Origin: Octopus vulgaris
Taxonomy: Eukaryota
Assembly (NCBI GenBank): GCA_951406725.2
Contig: OX597830.1
Coordinates: forward strand, 38,998,001 to 39,062,000
Direction of reading: 5' to 3'
Length of the DNA: 64,000 nt
The notes beneath the pieces were generated by a model. That model had not been told where the DNA came from and did no database searches. It saw only the letters and a list, made by a program, of their open reading frames with translations. This document shows, piece by piece, positions 57,495-64,000 of the stretch. Each line of letters starts with the position of its first letter. Position 1 is the stretch's first letter. Position numbers and translations under genes: made by a program.

Positions 57495-58774
57495 GTATAT
57501 ATATATACAAATATATATACAGAGAAAGAGAGAGACAGAGAGAGGGAGAGGGAGAGAGAGAAAACTACATATACCGCACTGTATTTCATTTGTAGTTATT
57601 AAGACGTGTGTTCTTTTGTTATCTACTTATCATGATCCAAATCATATCTGCAGAAATGTTAAGTATGTTCTCATCAATTTACAATATTTCGCATTACAAT
57701 ATTTGATTTCTCACAGCTATAAAGCAGTGAGATATTAAAAACACCAAGAAATCGAAACTGATGTTGTATGGCTTTCACATAAGTTACAGTCGAGAGATAT
57801 CCTTCATACGTCATTTCTGTGAAATAATTACATAAGCTGTATAAATATAGTTTGGTTAATTATCCTTGCATTTCAACCAAAAATCAATATAACTTACATG
57901 TCAGCCAGAAATCAATTCGATTTGGCCATTAATCGTTACTGCTTATTAACTATATTAATTAGGATAATTTGTTAATTAATTAGTTTATAATTATGACAGA
58001 AATATTAAAAGATATAGTTCATATACAGGTTCAGGTAAGGCGATGGGTCTGTTCGTGTGTGTGTGTGTAAGTGTGCGTGTGTGTGTATAAGTGCGCATGT
58101 GTGTGTGATTTAATATACACGATACTAAAATTTCGATGCCACTATTATAATATTTATATGATCTTGTATAGTGTAACATTTAAATTATTATCAAACAAAC
58201 ATTAAAACTTATTTAGAGATTGTTTGCCAGATAATACAGGGCCTGCTATATAAGCATGTTCCACTACTGCATTATCCGACATGAAAGTTACAATAGTTCG
58301 CATTTAAACCCTGCGCTATATATTTCTCACTTGAATGGTCGCTTTTTTTTTTTTTGGTGTCATCAAAACGGAACAACATGCGATGTATCTATATACATAC
58401 ATGCGTGCATGTAGACATACACAGTAATATATATGTCTTATTGATGGTGGCTGTATGGAAAGAAAGCAACGGTACTGCGGTATTCGCTTTCAAAAGGCAT
58501 TTCTTATAGATGTATATTGCTGAAAAGCAAAGAAATTTCTGCAGCAAGAAATGAAAAGTGCTTGAGAGTAGCAATGGAATTGTCTAGATCACCATAACTA
58601 GATAAATTAGAAGAAAACTCCTCTCTTTTGTTCCACATACATACATGCTTGCATGCATGCATCCGTCCATCCATCCATCCATCCATCCATACATACATAC
58701 ATACATACATACATACATACATACATACATACATACATACATACATACATACATACATACATACATACATACAT

Positions 58775-58990
58775 AGTTTATTGGTTGAAGTATTCGGCTC
58801 ATGATCGTAAGGACGCCAGTTCGATGCTGCCGGCGCATTGTTTTGTTGAGTAAGATATTTCATTTCACGTTGTTGCAGTTCACTCAGCTGCCAAAAGTGA
58901 GTAGCGCCGGTATTTCAAAGGGCCAGTCTTGTCACATTCTATGTCACGCTGAATCTCCCTGACAAATACATTATGGTTACGTGTGTCAAA
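58775..58990 (+). mobile_element. Diverged SINE related to family C
   Basis: gtatttcaaagggcc..cttgtcac..tct.tgtcacgctgaat.tccc is shared with the 25610-25660 region; tRNA-like head with gttcgatgc. Confidence 0.7.
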
Positions 58991-59463
58991 GTATTTTATA
59001 TTACAAACAGGCTGTATTCGTAGTCTTTCCCCTGTATTTGTAGTCTTTCTCCTTTATAATTTCCTTTCTTCCCTTATTTTCTCTCTATCTTCTCTCAGTC
59101 GCTCTCTCTCCCTTTCTACTCTGCCTGCTGCTGACTCGTGACGCGTGGCCAGTTTTTCATTCTCACTGTCTGCCCAGCGGTTCATCCAAAACAAAAAGAA
59201 CATTCTCTATCTTGGTATTTACTGTTGTCTATATCCTTCAGGATTTTTCTAAGCGTTACCCACCACTTTGTCTATCGTCTTAAATTACAATTTCTTTTAC
59301 TTTCGTTTGTTCAATTTGAGTCATTTTGTTTGTTTGAGGCCTGATTCTCTGCATCTTTCGCACGTACCATCAACATGGGAAACCCCCAAGTCTTATCATT
59401 ATGGGTGCGAAATTGAGCATTGCCATTCTGGTTGATAACAGCTGAAGAATTAGGGACCTTCTG

Positions 59464-59523
<60 letters not shown>

Positions 59524-59621
59524 GGTTTTTATCTCTAGTTGTTTATTTACAACGCATTATATATATACGTACGTGTGTATGTGTGTTTGTGCATACACAT
59601 AGCATGTATAAATATATATAT

Positions 59622-59760
59622 ATTTCTTTACTACCCACAAGGGGCTAAACACAGAGGGGACAAACAAGGACAAACAGTCCCGGGGTCGATTTGCTCGACT
59701 AAAGGCGGTGCTCCAGCATGGCCGCAGTCAAATGACTGAAACAAGTAAAAGAGAGTAAAA
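59622..59760. mobile_element. Chimera of an inverted family A tail and a family B tail within (TA)n
   Basis: tttctttactacccacaaggggctaaac (A tail, minus) is joined to gtcgatttgctcgactaaaggcggtgctccagcatgg (B tail, plus). Confidence 0.75.
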
Positions 59761-59889
59761 AAAGAGTATAGATACATGTATATATATATATATATATATG
59801 TATGTGTATATATATATGTGTATATATATATATATGTTATATATATATGTGTATATATATATATATATATACACACATATATATATATA

Positions 59890-59934
<45 letters not shown>

Positions 59935-60094
59935 AACCAAGATTCTTGTTGCTTTTTTCTTGGATATAATCACCCCACATAATTTTATAGTTAATACCAT
60001 AAAGAATTCTGGTGCATCTAAGTTAAGTACCATATTCATTTGAATTCATTTGCATCTTAATTGTTTTGCTGAAATATATATATGTATTTATATA

Positions 60095-60166
<72 letters not shown>

Positions 60167-60245
60167 ATAATAAATATTAGGGAATAAATCCAAATTTACA
60201 GGGAAAAATCATATATATAGTGGTATTGTCTCGAATTATATTATA

Positions 60246-60302
<57 letters not shown>

Positions 60303-60461
60303 CCAAACATATACGTTTTATTTATTATTTTGCACATTACTTAAACATCGTTATGTGTTTTATCTTATATTTAATTTTTCTATAATATGTAATTTTTCTA
60401 AATGGTATAATTTAATTTTTCATTATTGAATTGATAAAAGGTGTTTTTGTTTCTAATTTAT

Positions 60462-60512
<51 letters not shown>

Positions 60513-60514
60513 AA

Positions 60515-60827
60515 AAATATAAAGGGTAGGAAAATTATAGAATTTTTTCTACCAGTGGCCTAGCATGCAGAAAATAATCAATAGACTATATATTATTCAT
60601 ATAAAATTAGTGTGAATTCAAACACATAAGCGCTGACCTGCCACAACACCTAGCATTCTAGGAGGACCAGTCAAAATCCAAAGCACCGTTAGAGTTAATT
60701 TCGAAGGGAATGAAAAACACATTTAAATGTACACTAATTTATTATGAATAAATTGGCTATTGACTATTATCTGCATGCCAGGCCACTAGTAGAAACAATT
60801 GCTATAATTTTCCTACCTTTTATATTT
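60515..60827. mobile_element. Fold-back element with ~100-bp arms
   Basis: aaatataaagggtaggaaaattatag...tggcctagcatgcag is inverted against ctgcatgccaggcca...ctataattttcctaccttttatattt. Confidence 0.82.
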
Positions 60828-60887
60828 ATCCTAATATGATTTTAGTAATTTTGAAGTAAGTATATATATATAAATATATAAATATAT

Positions 60888-60963
<76 letters not shown>

Positions 60964-60964
<1 letters not shown>

Positions 60965-61154
60965 GTTCAAATGTATAGGAAATGAAAGGCGAAGCCAGGT
61001 GTAGGAACAAGCAAGTGTATTAGTTTGGCGCTCGGAAAAAATGGAAAAGGCTTTACGTTTCGAGCCTACGCTTTTCAACAGAAAGGAATAATAGGAAATA
61101 AATAAAGATAATGAAGGAAAAAACGTGTTTCGTTCAGTGATACAATATGGCGAT
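60964..61154 (-). mobile_element. Diverged repeat with A6U hammerhead motif (copy 3), in (TA)n
   Basis: Motif 61051-61085 minus: cttt-CTGTTGA-A-AAGC-gtag-GCTC-GAAA-CG-TA-aag. Confidence 0.72.
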
Positions 61155-61168
61155 ACATATATATATAT

Positions 61169-61214
<46 letters not shown>

Positions 61215-61729
61215 AAATATGTATATGTTTGTGTGCGAGTGTGCACCCGCCCAGGTGTGTGTGTATGTGTGTGTTCAGACTACATTTTTTGCGATCGTGT
61301 CATGGAATCTGCTAGTACATTCTATTGCATTTGAAGTAGTATGACTGGTTGTAGAGTTGAATATCTCTTTCATCTAAATAAAACCAGGTCACTAATTAAG
61401 ATAGGAAGATGTTAAAAAAACTGAGATGTTCCGACATCTTATTGAGTATTAATGGAAATAGTTTCATATAAAATTTGAATATGATTTATATAGACACAAG
61501 TCATCAAAAGATGTTACTGGCGCTACTATTTTATTTACAGTTGGCAACGAAAAGAAATTACTTTTTATTTTATTATAATAAATAAAGAAATGAAAGAACC
61601 ATATTAATTCATTTTATTTTACTCTTACACAAAAGTTATCTCGGTTTAAGTCGCAATAGACTTTAAAGGACATTTCTCTCTTTTATTTCTTTCTTTCCCA
61701 ACATCCATACTTACCTACTCACGTATATG

Positions 61730-61772
<43 letters not shown>

Positions 61773-61823
61773 ATATATATATATATATACACACACCTAT
61801 ACGTATATATGTATATATCTATA

Positions 61824-61884
<61 letters not shown>

Positions 61885-61892
<8 letters not shown>

Positions 61893-62066
61893 TTAGGGTA
61901 TCTAAGAGATACCGCGACGCTGGAAATAGCAGCCAAAACCTGACTCTAAAAGCACGTTAAATGTTCATACAGCACCAGCTGTATGAACATTTAATGTGGT
62001 TTTCAAGTCACGTTTTGGCTGCTATTTCCAACGTGGCGGTATCTCATAGATACCCTTAATTATAAT
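61885..62066. repeat. Long imperfect palindrome (~89-bp arms, 4-nt loop)
   Basis: ...ttaaatgttcatacagc-acca-gctgtatgaacatttaa..., extending out to attataatt.agggtatct / agataccct.aattataat. Confidence 0.92.
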
Positions 62067-62150
62067 TTTAATAATAATTATTACTTTTGAAGGTTTCTAT
62101 TCCCATTCTAGCCATACATTGATAAGATCGATATTTAAATTAACGATCTT

Positions 62151-62335
<185 letters not shown>

Positions 62336-62740
62336 AGACAGACATATATGTACACACATATATGTATAGTTATACTTATATACATATGCTGTTTACTTCA
62401 ATTACTTTATGCCAAAATTCATCATTGTTCTCTTATTGAGTATACATTACAATCGTAAAACAGGACCAGAAATGAAGTTAGAAAGCTTATATCTTTTTTA
62501 ATGAATGATCCGATACATCTCAACAAAAGAAATCTATATTCATATCAATAAATGCAAGAGAAAAAAATTGAGTTCTGAATAATTATTTGAAAATCATCTG
62601 AAAATATATTATCCGCGTTGCGTGTTATTGTCGTTTTCATCTGAAATTGTATGCAATATTTACACGGAAATTTTCTAGATTAATATATCCAGATGAAAGA
62701 GAATCTCAAATGCTACAAGTAGAAATAAACTTTTTCAGGC

Positions 62741-62805
<65 letters not shown>

Positions 62806-63689
62806 CATACATATATACATACATATATATAGTGACTAGTGTGCCAATAATAGACATTCACACACATATGTACGCAAAACGAGGCAAGAAGACACACACA
62901 CATTTATATATATATATATTTATATTGGTTTAATATACATTAATTTCCGACACAAATATTGATAAAAGTTTTAAATTATAGAAAAGTGTATGTTTGTGTC
63001 TATGAGTGTGTGTGTGTGTGCGTGTGTGTGTTCACGCCCGCTTGTGTGTGTGTGTGTGTGTGTCTTTGTGTACGTCTTTGATGCTTGTGGTACGAACTCT
63101 TTGTGTATGCTTTTGTAATTTGTCGTTTTGGTAAAAAAAAAAAACCCATAGAATTAGTACCAGAATAAAAATATAGGTACAGTGGTTGTTTGTTTGTCTC
63201 TGTCAGACCCTAGTATGCCTGAAGTTCAATGAGTCTATCAAGTAAAATTATAAAGTCATATATGTACGGATGTACGTACGCATGTATCTGTGTAATTATA
63301 ATGGCTTTCTTTCCACGACATTCTTATCTCCATCCTCATTACAGTGAGTGGAGAACCATAAACTTACGCATCGTCTCGACAAATTTCTGAATGCGGCTGT
63401 AGTCTTCTTCTTCCAATCAGGACTCACGCCATTAGCCACAAAGAATAATCTCTAATTCGAGCCAACTCTAAGCTACTAAGAATGCGTGTGGCAACTTGAA
63501 TATCCACCCACCACAGGCGATAGACTGGCAATTGCACGGGTGCGAAAGCTACGTTGTTATCCTCATTCCGTAAACGGTGGCTTTTAACGGGTGAAGAGCT
63601 GAACCATGCTGGGGTACAGAGGATTCGCAATCTAGACTAGGGTCTGAAAGTTTATCACACCATAGTGGGTTACACCATGGTTCTTCTGC

Positions 63690-63884
63690 TTTGGGACAGA
63701 AGCAGGAAGAAAGAGCGAGAGAAAGTTTTGATGGAAGAGTACAGTGGGATTCAACACCATCCCTCGCTAGAGCCTTGTGGAGCTTAGGTGTTTTTGCTCA
63801 ATAAACACTCACAATGCCCGGTCTGGGAATCGAAACCGCGTTCTTACGACCGCGAGTCCGCTGCCCTAACCACTGGGCCATTGT
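63690..63884 (-). mobile_element. SINE family C, 5' half
   Basis: gggaatcgaaaccgcg...gagtccgctgccctaaccactgggccattg is the reverse complement of the family C head. Confidence 0.88.
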
Positions 63885-64000
63885 TGTTGTACATTCGGTC
63901 TGACGTTCTCCAGTCCCGTATCCAATATCGGCCTGTATTTCACTCTCAACCTCTCTCCTTTCCAATTGTCTCTTTCGATGTCGGCTCTGATATTTTATAC

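Noticed and set aside
58024-58040. tacaggttcaggta as the partner TIR of the maT remnant
   Set aside because: It lies downstream of the right end and the match is short.

Overview
AT-rich, microsatellite-dense animal genomic DNA. The SINE families look like those of Octopus, which is an inference from recalled sequence, not a database result. No intact protein-coding gene is supported: almost all listed ORFs are translations of (TA)n, (CA)n, (TATG)n or trinucleotide tracts. The window holds three tRNA-derived SINE families (several copies with TSDs), Penelope-like RT and GIY-YIG remnants, a Tx1/L1-type and an RLE-type LINE fragment, maT (DD37D) and other Tc1/mariner remnants, a hAT MITE, Helitrons (one with 23-aa STPR-like repeats) and many TA-embedded fold-back elements. 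The most interesting signal is about ten minimal type I hammerhead-ribozyme motifs. One at 20448-20540 (minus) has a fully canonical core and sits directly behind a Pol III-type SINE head. A three-copy family has an A6U core, and three motifs have U3-A8 or A3-U8 swaps. A second tRNA-headed, hammerhead-bearing inverted element is also present. A possible decayed GPCR-like paralog pair lies at about 27.6-32.3 kb (low confidence). All folding and translation was done by eye.
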